Both the position numbers and the translations under genes were made by a program. Positions 7,957 to 17,265 of a stretch of DNA of 24,882 nt are shown here, one piece after another. Below the pieces are notes generated by a model that was not told the origin of the DNA, ran no database searches, and was given only the letters and a program-made list of their open reading frames with translations. Positions within the stretch are counted from its first letter, which is position 1; each line of letters starts with the position of its first letter. This stretch comes from a virus: positions 1-24,882 of the IMG/VR virus record IMGVR_UViG_3300045988_109074; one strand, given 5' to 3'.

Positions 7957-10173
7957 CTACAAAGTAAATGCTCCTGTTCCTTTTCCACCTAAGACGGGAT
8001 TTACATAGTCTTCAAATCTACAGTTTGCCCCTATTGTCAAGTATTTTTCTACTGTCATATTCTTGCTTTTAACAATAGTTTCGTCTGTTTCTTCATCGTA
8101 ACCAGCGAATAAAAGTATTTCTTCACTAGAACCTGTTGCGTCAACGACTTTCATTCCTTTTTCGTTAAAATTTCCTTTTGTCTTTGCATTTGTTTTTTCT
8201 ATTGTTAATCCGTTCTCATCGAAAGTTCCGCACGTTGTTGTAACTTTTGTTACACTTCCGTCCGTTAATTTAGTGTTTATTTCTGTCTTTGTATATGTGT
8301 CTGTTTGGATTCTTTCGACACTATTTTGTAACGTAATTACATCACTTTTAGGTGCATAATCGCCAAATTTCTGCTTGATTTCGGTATAGTTATTAGCAAC
8401 TGTTGTTTGTGTTTGACTCACAGTTTGCTTAATTGAATCAATCTCTATTTTTTGCTCCGCAGTTTTTTCTTGTGCAAGAACAGCGTTCTCATTTGCTGTG
8501 TTTAAACTCTCTGCTAGAATCGGCGTAGTGTCTGTTGTTGTGTTGTCTGACCAAGTTATATGAGACCTTGTCCAAATATACTTTCCAGATTCCCACGCGT
8601 CTTGCGTATTCTTCCAAGCTCCACCAGTTTGAGTTGTGTTGCTAGTAGATAAGTAATATTCGTCTTGTATTGATTTAATTCCTTTGCCGTCATTTCCATT
8701 TTTACCATTCGTTCCATTTGTTCCATCTTTGCCATCAGTTCCACTAGCTCCTGTTTCCCCTTTTGCTCCTTGTATACAAGTCGCTTTTGATTCTTTTGTT
8801 GCTCCGTCAGAATATGTTGTAACAGTCTTTTGCCACATATATTTTCCTGCTTGCCATTCTGGGGCAGTTTCACTCCATCCAGCTGTCGGTGGAGTAGTTA
8901 AAGTATCTCCTAAGGCATATTGAACTTGTACTTTATTTACTGTTGTTTTTTCAAGTGATGATACTTTTGTAGTTAATCCATTTACGTCTTGCTCTGTTTT
9001 GGTTAGCTTCTCGCCTTGTTCTGACTGTTCCTCAATTACAGCTGTCATCTTTCCGTTTATTTTATCAACTGCTAATTCTGTGTTTCTTCTCCAATCTTTT
9101 AAAGACAAAACTTCTTTATATGCTTGTTGTGTTTTAGTTAATGCAATTGCCTTAATTGTTCCAGAATATGCTCCGTTATATTTTAAAGTGTGTTCCATAA
9201 CATAAGTTACATATTCTTTATCACTCTTATCTTTTACTTTTATCTTGTCCCCTAGTTTAAGCCAAGGGTAGCCATAGTAGCTTAATTCTATCGGAAGATA
9301 TGTAAGACCATTTAACACATTAAAAATACCATTTATAACCGCTTCTCGTTCTTCTGCTGATGTTAAATAATAATTGTCTGCTATTGTTATCTGACATCTA
9401 TTCTCGTCTGTCACCCCTTCTGCTTCTTTTATTGTTTCTTCTCCATCTACGCCACTATTCATTTGTATTCTTACAGAGTTTACTGGTCCAAATACATTGT
9501 TGGGTTTAAATCCATCATAATTATTTCCATCAATTGTTTCTACTGCTTCTCCTCTTACATCAAGATTTCTTACATAAAGTTTCCCGTCCTCTACATCTAT
9601 TTCTGCAAATCCTCCTGCTAATTGTACTAGATTGCTTAATACTGTCTTTCTAGTTTCTCTATTAGTAAATGGGTTTCCTTTTAACATATAACTATTATTA
9701 GGGAAATTTTTATTCCCTAGTGTTAAACCAACTTGACTGCATAAATTTTCTAAACAAGCGTCTAGTCTTATAGGGTATGTATTGCTATCTACATATAGAG
9801 TGTCGAATTTTTTCATATAGTCATACCCCGTGAAACTTGTATTTCCTGATACTTCTTCTGTGTCTGGTTTCGGAATAGTATATGTTCCTAGTTTTTGATA
9901 TTCTTTTGCATTGTTTATTTCTATTCCTGTTTTTATATTTATATCTTTATTTTCTAGTGAATAGTTGCCATCATCTAATAACTTAACTATCGCCTTTTTA
10001 GCAACAGTAGTTCCAATGAATTTGTCGTTTACATAACAGCTAGAATTGATTTCAAATTCTTGCAAGTCATCATTTTCTGTTATATTAGTTGCAGTTCCTT
10101 TTATATTTATAGTTGCATATTTTAAATTTTGAACGTCTGATTTGCATTCCTGTTTAAATTCATTACTTGCCCT
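7957..10173 (-). CDS. tail/baseplate protein with collagen-like segment, putative AGG start (ORF track start 10065)
   Basis: Long ORF; GAKGETGASGTDGKDGTNGTNGKNGNDGKG; open frame upstream of TTG 10065 back to AGG 10173 preceded by TAGGTG. Confidence 0.75.
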   Translation of the reverse strand, partial: RASNEFKQECKSDVQNLKYATINIKGTATNITENDDLQEFEINSSCYVNDKFIGTTVAKKAIVKLLDDGNYSLENKDINIKTGIEINNAKEYQKLGTYTIPKPDTEEVSGNTSFTGYDYMKKFDTLYVDSNTYPIRLDACLENLCSQVGLTLGNKNFPNNSYMLKGNPFTNRETRKTVLSNLVQLAGGFAEIDVEDGKLYVRNLDVRGEAVETIDGNNYDGFKPNNVFGPVNSVRIQMNSGVDGEETIKEAEGVTDENRCQITIADNYYLTSAEEREAVINGIFNVLNGLTYLPIELSYYGYPWLKLGDKIKVKDKSDKEYVTYVMEHTLKYNGAYSGTIKAIALTKTQQAYKEVLSLKDWRRNTELAVDKINGKMTAVIEEQSEQGEKLTKTEQDVNGLTTKVSSLEKTTVNKVQVQYALGDTLTTPPTAGWSETAPEWQAGKYMWQKTVTTYSDGATKESKATCIQGAKGETGASGTDGKDGTNGTNGKNGNDGKGIKSIQDEYYLSTSNTTQTGGAWKNTQDAWESGKYIWTRSHITWSDNTTTDTTPILAESLNTANENAVLAQEKTAEQKIEIDSIKQTVSQTQTTVANNYTEIKQKFGDYAPKSDVITLQNSVERIQTDTYTKTEINTKLTDGSVTKVTTTCGTFDENGLTIEKTNAKTKGNFNEKGMKVVDATGSSEEILLFAGYDEETDETIVKSKNMTVEKYLTIGANCRFEDYVNPVLGGKGTGAFTL

Positions 10174-10182
10174 TTTTCACAC

Positions 10183-10587
10183 CTACAATTCTATTAATGA
10201 TTGACTTACTGCGTCATATAATTTTCCTACACAATCTATGTCGAATAACATTGATATTTTTCTATCTCCTCTATATGCACTTATTGTTTTGTTATCTCCC
10301 GTATAAGGATTGAAAAATGTAACACTTATTGCTCTTCTTGGTATGTGGGAATAAAATTCTGTTAATTGTGCTTGGAATAAAGGAGTGGTTTTTAATATAA
10401 CTTTATATTTTGTTCCAATGTAATTTAATCTCATTGTACCTTTTGCATTTCTTCCCGCTTCTAAACTTAAGTCATATTCTTCTATCTCATAACCTGCTAT
10501 AAAGTCTGGTTTATAGCCTTCTATTGAAATCAAGTCTCCTGATACATAAGTTTTGCTTACAAAGTCTGATACATATCGTTTACTCCT
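10183..10587 (-). CDS. phage protein, DUF6711-like, putative AGG start (ORF track start 10533)
   Basis: AAAGGAG-TGAAATAA-AGG AGT AAA CGA; product MSKRYVSDFVSKTYVSGDLISIEGYKPDF...; directly after the tape measure gene. Confidence 0.65.
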   Translation of the reverse strand, partial: RSKRYVSDFVSKTYVSGDLISIEGYKPDFIAGYEIEEYDLSLEAGRNAKGTMRLNYIGTKYKVILKTTPLFQAQLTEFYSHIPRRAISVTFFNPYTGDNKTISAYRGDRKISMLFDIDCVGKLYDAVSQSLIEL

Positions 10588-10600
10588 TTATTTCACTCCT

Positions 10601-13600
10601 TTATACTGGCACAGGGAAAGGTAGCTCCCCTGTTTGTTCTACATATTCTGTAAATCCTTTTGAAGCTTTTCTTACTATTATTCCCTCGTCCGCTTTTGCT
10701 TCAATATCAACCTGTACCTTTGCTTTTTGCATTCCGTTAATTATTGCTCCTACTATTATCTCTCCAAGATTATTGTTATTTATTTTTGTTGATATATTTC
10801 CTGATATACTTCCATAGTCTACAAACTCACTTGCATTTACTGACAATTCTTTTGTGTCTACTTCTATTCCATCACTAAACTCTTTTATTGGGTTGTCAAA
10901 TTCATTTAATAATTTATTAGAAAAACCCGAAACAGTATTTAATACATTTCTGCTTTCTTTTTTTACACCTAATCCAAGACCTTCTAGTAGTTGAACCCCG
11001 AATTTTTTAGTTTTTCTTGAAGGAGAGCGTATTCCAAATGTATTTTTAAATCTACTCAAAACGTTAATAGCAAAACTACGTGCAGTGCTTAATGTTCTTC
11101 CCTGCCAATAATTGTTTTGCAAACCATTTCTTAAACCTTTAATTATGTTTATACCAACATCTTCTGACAAATCCCCTTGTTTTAAACCTTCAATTACTTT
11201 ATCTGCATTATCAATTCCACATTGTTTTAATAGGTTTCTTTGCTCATCTTCTGATAATCCTTGCATATAGCCCTTAACTGCTTCCGTAGCTTTTTGTCTT
11301 GCTTCTGGTGATACATCAAATTTATTTATAACTTCATCTGTCAATTCTTCTGCGACCTTACTTGCTTCTGGTGTTTTGTCATATATGTTTTGAATTAAAG
11401 TATCTAAAAGATTCCTTGTAAATTTTTCTTGTGCTGTTCTAACATTTGTACGGTCTTTTTCAGAAATAAATAATGGGTCCGATAACATTTTTGATATTGC
11501 ATCCTTTTCTTCTTGAGAAAATTCAACAGCTTTACCCTCTTTATCTCTTATTTCTCCGCCATTTTCAATAATTTTATTTAATATTCTTGCTTGGTCTTTT
11601 ATGTCCATAAAATATGGGTCAGCAAGCAATTTACTCATCATTTTTTTCTCTTCATCTGTAAATGTTATAGCTTCTTTATTAGCATTTCTTATAGTTGCAC
11701 CATCTTCTGCAATTTTTTTTGTTATTCTTACAAAATCTCCTTGCTTAATTTGAGAACCTTCTGTCCAATTGTTGCTAATTATATCTTTCTCAACATCAGT
11801 AAATGTTATTCCTTGTAAATACCCATCTTTTATTTGAAAACCTGCCTCTTGTAATCCAACAATTAATTTAGGAAGACTTGTTGACTTGCTTTCTATTAAT
11901 CCGTTTACATAAGTATCAAATGTATTTTTTCCTTCTCCACTTAAATCTACATTTCCAGTTTCTTTTAAAGCGTTATTGACTTCATTAACAACTTCTTTCA
12001 TTTTGTCAGATGTTTCTGTTCCGCTTTCAATAAGTTGTGCTTTAATTGTCCCAAAAGTTCCTTTATAATCTCCTTTTATTTTATCTACATCTACATCGAA
12101 ACTTTCATTAACTTTTTTCTTATATGCTTCCAATGATGATATTAATTCAGGGTCTGTTGTGCTTTCTATCATTGTATCTACCATATTTAAAGTTTGAGTT
12201 CTTGCAGTTTCCATCTCTGTTATAGTATCTTGCATTGATGTTTTTAGTTTTTCAACAAATTCCTTTGCTTTCTCTGGATTTTCTAAATTTATTTTTTTAT
12301 TATTGTAATCATCTATCAATTGATTATATTTAGTTTTATGAATGGAAACTTTTCCATTTAATTCGTCCATTTTTTCGGTTAATTCTAAAACTTTTTTAGA
12401 ATATTCTTCTGTTGAAATTCCACCTTTCTGTCTAGCTAACTCTAATTCTGTCATTTGGCGTTTTAGTTCAGCTGTCTTGTCTCCTTGCATTGTTTGATAT
12501 CTAACCAAATCATCTATCATTTTATCTGTTTCCTGTTTACTTGTTGTTCCTAATTCCTCCATGTGTCTTGCAACACCTATTAGTGAAGAAACTATTTCAT
12601 TAGTATTGTCATTTGTAATTTCTGCAAGGGTTGTGAAATCTTCTTTAATTGTTTTAAAATCTTGTGAATTTATATCGTAATATGCCGATTTTATTTTTGT
12701 AGCTAAATTTTCAATGCTATTAGCTGTTTCATTATATTTTTGATTATTTTCATTAATATTAGTTGTGCTATTATTTATGTATGTTGTAAAAGATTCAATT
12801 TTTCCTTTTAATTTATCATAATAAGCTAAGACTCTTTCCATTGATTGTCCTTGATTATCAAAAAGAGATTCTAAAGCTTTTCTTTCTTTAATTTCTTTAA
12901 CTCCTTTTTCATAACCTAGGAGAGCTGTCACAATTGCTGAAGCTCCACCTACTATTGCTCCTACAGCTGTTCCTGTCGGTCCAAAAACTGAACCTATTAG
13001 TGCTCCACTTCCTGTTGCACCTGCAATTTCTCCAGAAAGTTTTAGAAATGCTTCATTAGTATTAGAAGTTCCTTTTGATAAATCTTTCATTGATTTATAT
13101 GCTAATCCACATGAGCCAACTAGTCCGGCTATACCGCCAGCTACTTTTACAGTGTTAGGTATTAAAGATAACATTGCATTAGTTGTTTTTCCAAGAGATT
13201 TTGTTACACTATCACCAGCTTGTCTGTATAGTTTAAACTGTTCCACTCCTAATTTCAATGCAGTCCATGCTGTTCTAGTTCCTTTGCCTAATAAAGCCAA
13301 TCCTGTTTGAAAGCTTGTAGTTGCTGTTTGACTACCTAACAAAACTTTTCTTAAGGTATTTAACCAACCTATCAATTTCAATATTTTGGCTCCAATATAT
13401 AATGCACATATTGTTTTTAGAATACCTAATATGGTTTTTGCCTGTTTGCTCATTCCTGTGTATTCCCAGCTTATTTCCCCTGTTAATGGATTTATTTTTT
13501 TAGTAAATCCTAGCCACTTCATAATTTTATCTCTTATATCTGTAGCTTTGTTTTTTACTTTTCCCATTAAGTTGTCATATTCTTTCATTGCGTCAAGCAA

Positions 13601-14716
13601 TCTTTGGTCTATACCTCCACCACTTATTCCGCCAGAACCACCACCAGAACTGCTTGGTAATGTTATATTATTAATCTCATCGAATCCCATTAATTGATTC
13701 TTTAGTTCTTTTGCTTTTCCGCTTGCTGTTCCTAAATCACTTGCTAAGTCATCTGCTCCAATATTTGCACTTAAGTTCACCTTTTGGTCTGAAACTTTAA
13801 ATCCAAATAGTTTTGCAATCATTTTTAGTAATTCATTTATTACCATCATTATTGCGTTTACATATGGTAGTACTCCTCCCAAAAGTCCTTGCCATAAATT
13901 TCCCATATTTCTTTTAAAGGCAACTACTTGAGCATTAAATATTCTTAATTGGTTTGCAGGGCTTTCCATAGTATTTGCAAAATCGCCTTGTGCTATTTGT
14001 GCTTGTTTTAATACGGCAATATAACGTAATACCATTTTCTCTGCTTGAGACATATTTTTTACACTACGTTCTATTCCTAAACTATCTGCAATAGGTTGTA
14101 ATGATTGTTGTGTTATGTCAAGTCCTAAATCTCTTAATGGTTTAGTTTGTCCAGCTAAGCCTGCTCTTAATTTTTGCATTGCATTTTCTGGGTCTATATT
14201 ATATAAAGATGATAAATCATAACCTAATTTAGTAAAATTTTCTGATAGAATATATGCATATTTTGCACTTATTCCCATAGATTTTGACATAGAATTAAAT
14301 AATGCTTGATAATTCATACTTTCTTCTATGTTTACACCTAGTTTTTCTTCTAACTCATTTTGAAATTTTACTGCTCTTTCATAATACTGGTTTAATCCTT
14401 GTAAGCCTTTTCCCATAGATACACTAAAAAGGTTTGCAGTTTCTACAAATTTTACACTTTCATCTGTCATTCCTTGTAGAGTTTTAATCATCTTTCTACC
14501 AGTCACAACAGCTGTTCCTATTCCTGCAATACCTTTTAAAGTTTTGCTAAAACCAGAAGATTGCTTTATCTGATTATTTAACTTTGGAATACCTGTGTTT
14601 TTACCGATTTTGTCTAATTGACTTTTTAAATCTTTAATAGCATTTTGTATTTGATTAATTCCAGTTATTACACCTTGATATTCCAGATTTACTCTGTCTT
14701 CTAATGTATCAACCCT
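10601..14716 (-). CDS. tail tape measure protein, putative AGG start
   Basis: 1371 aa, predicted coiled-coil and hydrophobic segments, TMP-typical ANQLRIFNAQVVAFKRNMGNLWQG and SGFS motifs; position in the tail module. Confidence 0.92.
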   Translation of the reverse strand, partial: RVDTLEDRVNLEYQGVITGINQIQNAIKDLKSQLDKIGKNTGIPKLNNQIKQSSGFSKTLKGIAGIGTAVVTGRKMIKTLQGMTDESVKFVETANLFSVSMGKGLQGLNQYYERAVKFQNELEEKLGVNIEESMNYQALFNSMSKSMGISAKYAYILSENFTKLGYDLSSLYNIDPENAMQKLRAGLAGQTKPLRDLGLDITQQSLQPIADSLGIERSVKNMSQAEKMVLRYIAVLKQAQIAQGDFANTMESPANQLRIFNAQVVAFKRNMGNLWQGLLGGVLPYVNAIMMVINELLKMIAKLFGFKVSDQKVNLSANIGADDLASDLGTASGKAKELKNQLMGFDEINNITLPSSSGGGSGGISGGGIDQRLLDAMKEYDNLMGKVKNKATDIRDKIMKWLGFTKKINPLTGEISWEYTGMSKQAKTILGILKTICALYIGAKILKLIGWLNTLRKVLLGSQTATTSFQTGLALLGKGTRTAWTALKLGVEQFKLYRQAGDSVTKSLGKTTNAMLSLIPNTVKVAGGIAGLVGSCGLAYKSMKDLSKGTSNTNEAFLKLSGEIAGATGSGALIGSVFGPTGTAVGAIVGGASAIVTALLGYEKGVKEIKERKALESLFDNQGQSMERVLAYYDKLKGKIESFTTYINNSTTNINENNQKYNETANSIENLATKIKSAYYDINSQDFKTIKEDFTTLAEITNDNTNEIVSSLIGVARHMEELGTTSKQETDKMIDDLVRYQTMQGDKTAELKRQMTELELARQKGGISTEEYSKKVLELTEKMDELNGKVSIHKTKYNQLIDDYNNKKINLENPEKAKEFVEKLKTSMQDTITEMETARTQTLNMVDTMIESTTDPELISSLEAYKKKVNESFDVDVDKIKGDYKGTFGTIKAQLIESGTETSDKMKEVVNEVNNALKETGNVDLSGEGKNTFDTYVNGLIESKSTSLPKLIVGLQEAGFQIKDGYLQGITFTDVEKDIISNNWTEGSQIKQGDFVRITKKIAEDGATIRNANKEAITFTDEEKKMMSKLLADPYFMDIKDQARILNKIIENGGEIRDKEGKAVEFSQEEKDAISKMLSDPLFISEKDRTNVRTAQEKFTRNLLDTLIQNIYDKTPEASKVAEELTDEVINKFDVSPEARQKATEAVKGYMQGLSEDEQRNLLKQCGIDNADKVIEGLKQGDLSEDVGINIIKGLRNGLQNNYWQGRTLSTARSFAINVLSRFKNTFGIRSPSRKTKKFGVQLLEGLGLGVKKESRNVLNTVSGFSNKLLNEFDNPIKEFSDGIEVDTKELSVNASEFVDYGSISGNISTKINNNNLGEIIVGAIINGMQKAKVQVDIEAKADEGIIVRKASKGFTEYVEQTGELPFPVPV

Positions 14717-15029
14717 TTTTAGCACTCCTTTGTTCTAGCATTATTTTTGCATTTAAAAGTTGTTGTTTTATTTTGTTTTCAACTTCTTTGCTTTTTTCTA
14801 ATTTATTTAATGGCTTGTCTTCAAGTTCAATCGGTTTGTTCGGGTAGTTTACGCCTTTACTAAAAGCCGATGTTACTGCTATATAAGTGTAATAGCCTTG
14901 TAGCCAAGCACTTGTATTCATCATTTCTTTTTGTAATTTTGCTTCTTCTTCTGTTTTTCTCATATATGAATTTCGGTATGTCCAAAGCAAGTCTGGTTCA
15001 TCGTTCCAAAATTCTTGCAAGGGCATACC
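14709..15029 (-). CDS. tail assembly chaperone, distal (gpT-like) part
   Basis: GMPLQEFWNDEPDLLWTYRNSYMRK...NTSAWLQGYYTYIAV; position between chaperone and TMP. Confidence 0.65.
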   Translation of the reverse strand, partial: GMPLQEFWNDEPDLLWTYRNSYMRKTEEEAKLQKEMMNTSAWLQGYYTYIAVTSAFSKGVNYPNKPIELEDKPLNKLEKSKEVENKIKQQLLNAKIMLEQRSAKKG

Positions 15030-15104
15030 GAACTTGTATTGCTAATGGTATTAAATATTTATAAAACAGTTCTTGAAGCGTTTTTACTTTCTCCCCATCT
15101 GTTT

Positions 15105-15464
15105 CTAAATTTCTACTATTTCTATTTCCTTGATTTTCTTCTTTCCAGCTGGGGCTCCTGAAAAAGTCGAATATTGTTCCATAATGAAACTTGATATTTG
15201 TCCAATATCTACGCCTTCTTCTTCACTCATGTTTTCTTCTATATAATCATTTAATATTTGATTACATTCTGCTACTGTATTTTTAGGTTGTTTTTCCAAC
15301 ATACCAAAATGTAATAATTTTGCTGTTCCTTCTACTGGTGCCTCATCCATTGAATTTAATGCTTTGATAAAGCCTTCTTTTTCTGCTTTTAAAACAGAAG
15401 CTCTGCTAGAAAAACCTATTAAATATTCTTTTTCTTTAACTACTAATTTCATAAATTTACTCAT
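15105..15464 (-). CDS. tail assembly chaperone, proximal (gpG-like) part
   Basis: 119 aa ORF between major tail protein and TMP; SD GGAGG before ATG. Confidence 0.75.
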   Translation of the reverse strand: MSKFMKLVVKEKEYLIGFSSRASVLKAEKEGFIKALNSMDEAPVEGTAKLLHFGMLEKQPKNTVAECNQILNDYIEENMSEEEGVDIGQISSFIMEQYSTFSGAPAGKKKIKEIEIVEI

Positions 15465-15493
15465 ACTAATTTACCTCCATTTAAACCTTTTAA

Positions 15494-15943
15494 TTATGCA
15501 CTTACTGTTGGTAACAATGCTGTAACTTGTGCTGATGTTTTATAATCTATTGCTTCTGGTGTTATTGTTAATGTTGCTTCTATTGGTGCATTTTGTGATA
15601 CTGCATTTATTCTTGTTCTTGCATTACCTTTTATTGTATAACCTGTTCCATCTGGGAATTTTACTAAGAAATCATGTGTTTCTCCGTTACAATAAGGCAT
15701 TACTTTATTATGGAAATTTTCTTCTGTATAGTTATATAAGAAGCTTTGTGCCGGGTTGTCTCCTCTACCACCTATATAACTTTTGTTTTTGTCTTTTAAT
15801 GTTGTTACTTCAATTTGTTCTGGGTCTGAACCAGTATCTGGTACATCTTTAATTTCTACTAACTCTGTAAATGAGTTTGCACCTTTCTTTTTTCCATATA
15901 ACATTGTTCCAATGTCTGCTATTGCTTTTACATTCTCGTCCCT
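15494..15943 (-). CDS. major tail protein, putative AGG start (ORF track start 15976)
   Basis: AGGAGG-TAATTTA-AGG GAC GAG AAT GTA (MDENVKAIADIGTMLYGKKKGANSFTELVEIKDVPD). The AGG start removes a 29-nt overlap with the upstream gene. Confidence 0.75.
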   Translation of the reverse strand, partial: RDENVKAIADIGTMLYGKKKGANSFTELVEIKDVPDTGSDPEQIEVTTLKDKNKSYIGGRGDNPAQSFLYNYTEENFHNKVMPYCNGETHDFLVKFPDGTGYTIKGNARTRINAVSQNAPIEATLTITPEAIDYKTSAQVTALLPTVSA

Positions 15944-15947
15944 TAAA

Positions 15948-16373
15948 TTACCTCCTAAAAATAATTTTATTTTCATTAATTGTTGCCTCTGCTCTCATAT
16001 ATAGCCTGTCTACGTTTCTGTCAATATTTGGTGTCGGTTTAGGTTCTGCCACCTTCATTAGATAGTGCCCCTCGAAAACATCATATATTAATTTTTCTAG
16101 CTCAGCTATAATGCTTTGCCTTGCAACCTTTTTATTTCCAACAGTTTTATCTGTCGAATAAACTTCTATATCGAATATCAAACGATATTCTTTTTCTTTA
16201 TGTGCTAATGTTTCGTCTTTAATTATTAATTTACATTCTGGTATTACTACTAACGGGAATTTGTTTATTTCTTGAGGTGCTGATTTTAATACTTCTGGAC
16301 TAAACTTAGACTTGCTTTGTATATATTCTTTTGAATACTGATACATTTCATCATATACATCTGGTCTTGCCCT
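15948..16373 (-). CDS. tail completion / minor tail protein, putative AGG start (ORF track start 16346)
   Basis: AAGGAG-TTGATTTAA-AGG GCA AGA CCA GAT GTA TAT; product MARPDVYDEMYQYSKEYIQ... Confidence 0.6.
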   Translation of the reverse strand, partial: RARPDVYDEMYQYSKEYIQSKSKFSPEVLKSAPQEINKFPLVVIPECKLIIKDETLAHKEKEYRLIFDIEVYSTDKTVGNKKVARQSIIAELEKLIYDVFEGHYLMKVAEPKPTPNIDRNVDRLYMRAEATINENKIIFRR

Positions 16374-16378
16374 TTAAA

Positions 16379-16897
16379 TCAACTCCTTGTTTCTCTTAGT
16401 AGTTCTTCCTCTGCTATTTGTGGGAACATTTCTCTTGCTCTTTCTAATGCTTCATAGAAAGCTCTTTCTGCTGGCAATCCTTTTGTCCAAGCCCTTAATG
16501 TTCCACTCTCATCTGTCCATTTATATGGATTAGGGTCATTTTCAGTAGTTGGGTACCACCACCCTTTTTCTCCATGTCCATTTACATCATATTTCCACCC
16601 TGCTTTTGCTAATGCTTCTGCTGTGTGGGGTATTTGAGAACCTATTATGCCTGTCCCATATTCATGGTATGTCCATTTCTCTTCAGTATTTCTAATTCCT
16701 GCTACCGCTGTTTTACCTTTTGTTGTTGCCGGTATTTTTTCTGTATCTGGGTAAACATCTTCCATCATTATATCTGCTAGCCTATCTACAATTCTTAAAG
16801 CTACTTTTGGAATATTCTTTTTTTTAGTTTCATATCTTTGTATCATTTTATCTAAATCCGATAAAGATAATTTTACTTCATTAACTTGTTTGCCCCT
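16379..16897 (-). CDS. HK97 gp10-like head-tail joining protein, putative AGG start (ORF track start 16846)
   Basis: AGG GGC AAA CAA GTT AAT GAA GTA; product MGKQVNEVKLSLSDLDKMIQRYETKKKNIPKVALRIVD...; position in cluster. Confidence 0.6.
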   Translation of the reverse strand, partial: RGKQVNEVKLSLSDLDKMIQRYETKKKNIPKVALRIVDRLADIMMEDVYPDTEKIPATTKGKTAVAGIRNTEEKWTYHEYGTGIIGSQIPHTAEALAKAGWKYDVNGHGEKGWWYPTTENDPNPYKWTDESGTLRAWTKGLPAERAFYEALERAREMFPQIAEEELLRETRS

Positions 16898-16902
16898 TTA
16901 TA

Positions 16903-17265
16903 TCACTCTATTTTTTCAAAGTATATTGCTATTTTTCTATTTTGCTCTCTTACGGAGCTTATTCTATAATTAGCCTTGTCACCACAAACGCTCTCATTAG
17001 TAGGTGTTGTTCTGTCTAAATATGCAACATCACCTTCTTTAAATTCCCCTAAATATTTGTCATAATCAACAAATACTCTTTGCATTTTAGAAGTTTTACT
17101 CCCATATTCTGCAACATCACTTTCTCCGCTTAATGGCTGTATATTGAACTTTCCATAATATTTAGGCTTATCATATTCATTGATATTGTTTCCATAATCA
17201 TCTAATGTTTCTTTTAATAGCTTTGCAACATATAAATCCTTTTTCTGACAATCTCTTCTACTCAA
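16903..17265 (-). CDS. head closure-like protein
   Basis: TTG start overlapping the previous stop; 120 aa in canonical head-tail order. Confidence 0.5.
   Translation of the reverse strand: MSRRDCQKKDLYVAKLLKETLDDYGNNINEYDKPKYYGKFNIQPLSGESDVAEYGSKTSKMQRVFVDYDKYLGEFKEGDVAYLDRTTPTNESVCGDKANYRISSVREQNRKIAIYFEKIE

Noticed and set aside
10152-10163. Canonical -1 slippery heptamer T TTA AAC three codons into an ATG-started frame (ATG AAT TTA AAC), which would link into the 738-aa tail protein frame.
   Set aside because: The frame is already open back to an SD-placed AGG at 10173, and the same AGG arrangement recurs at 11 other genes, so a dedicated frameshift is less economical. Still testable.
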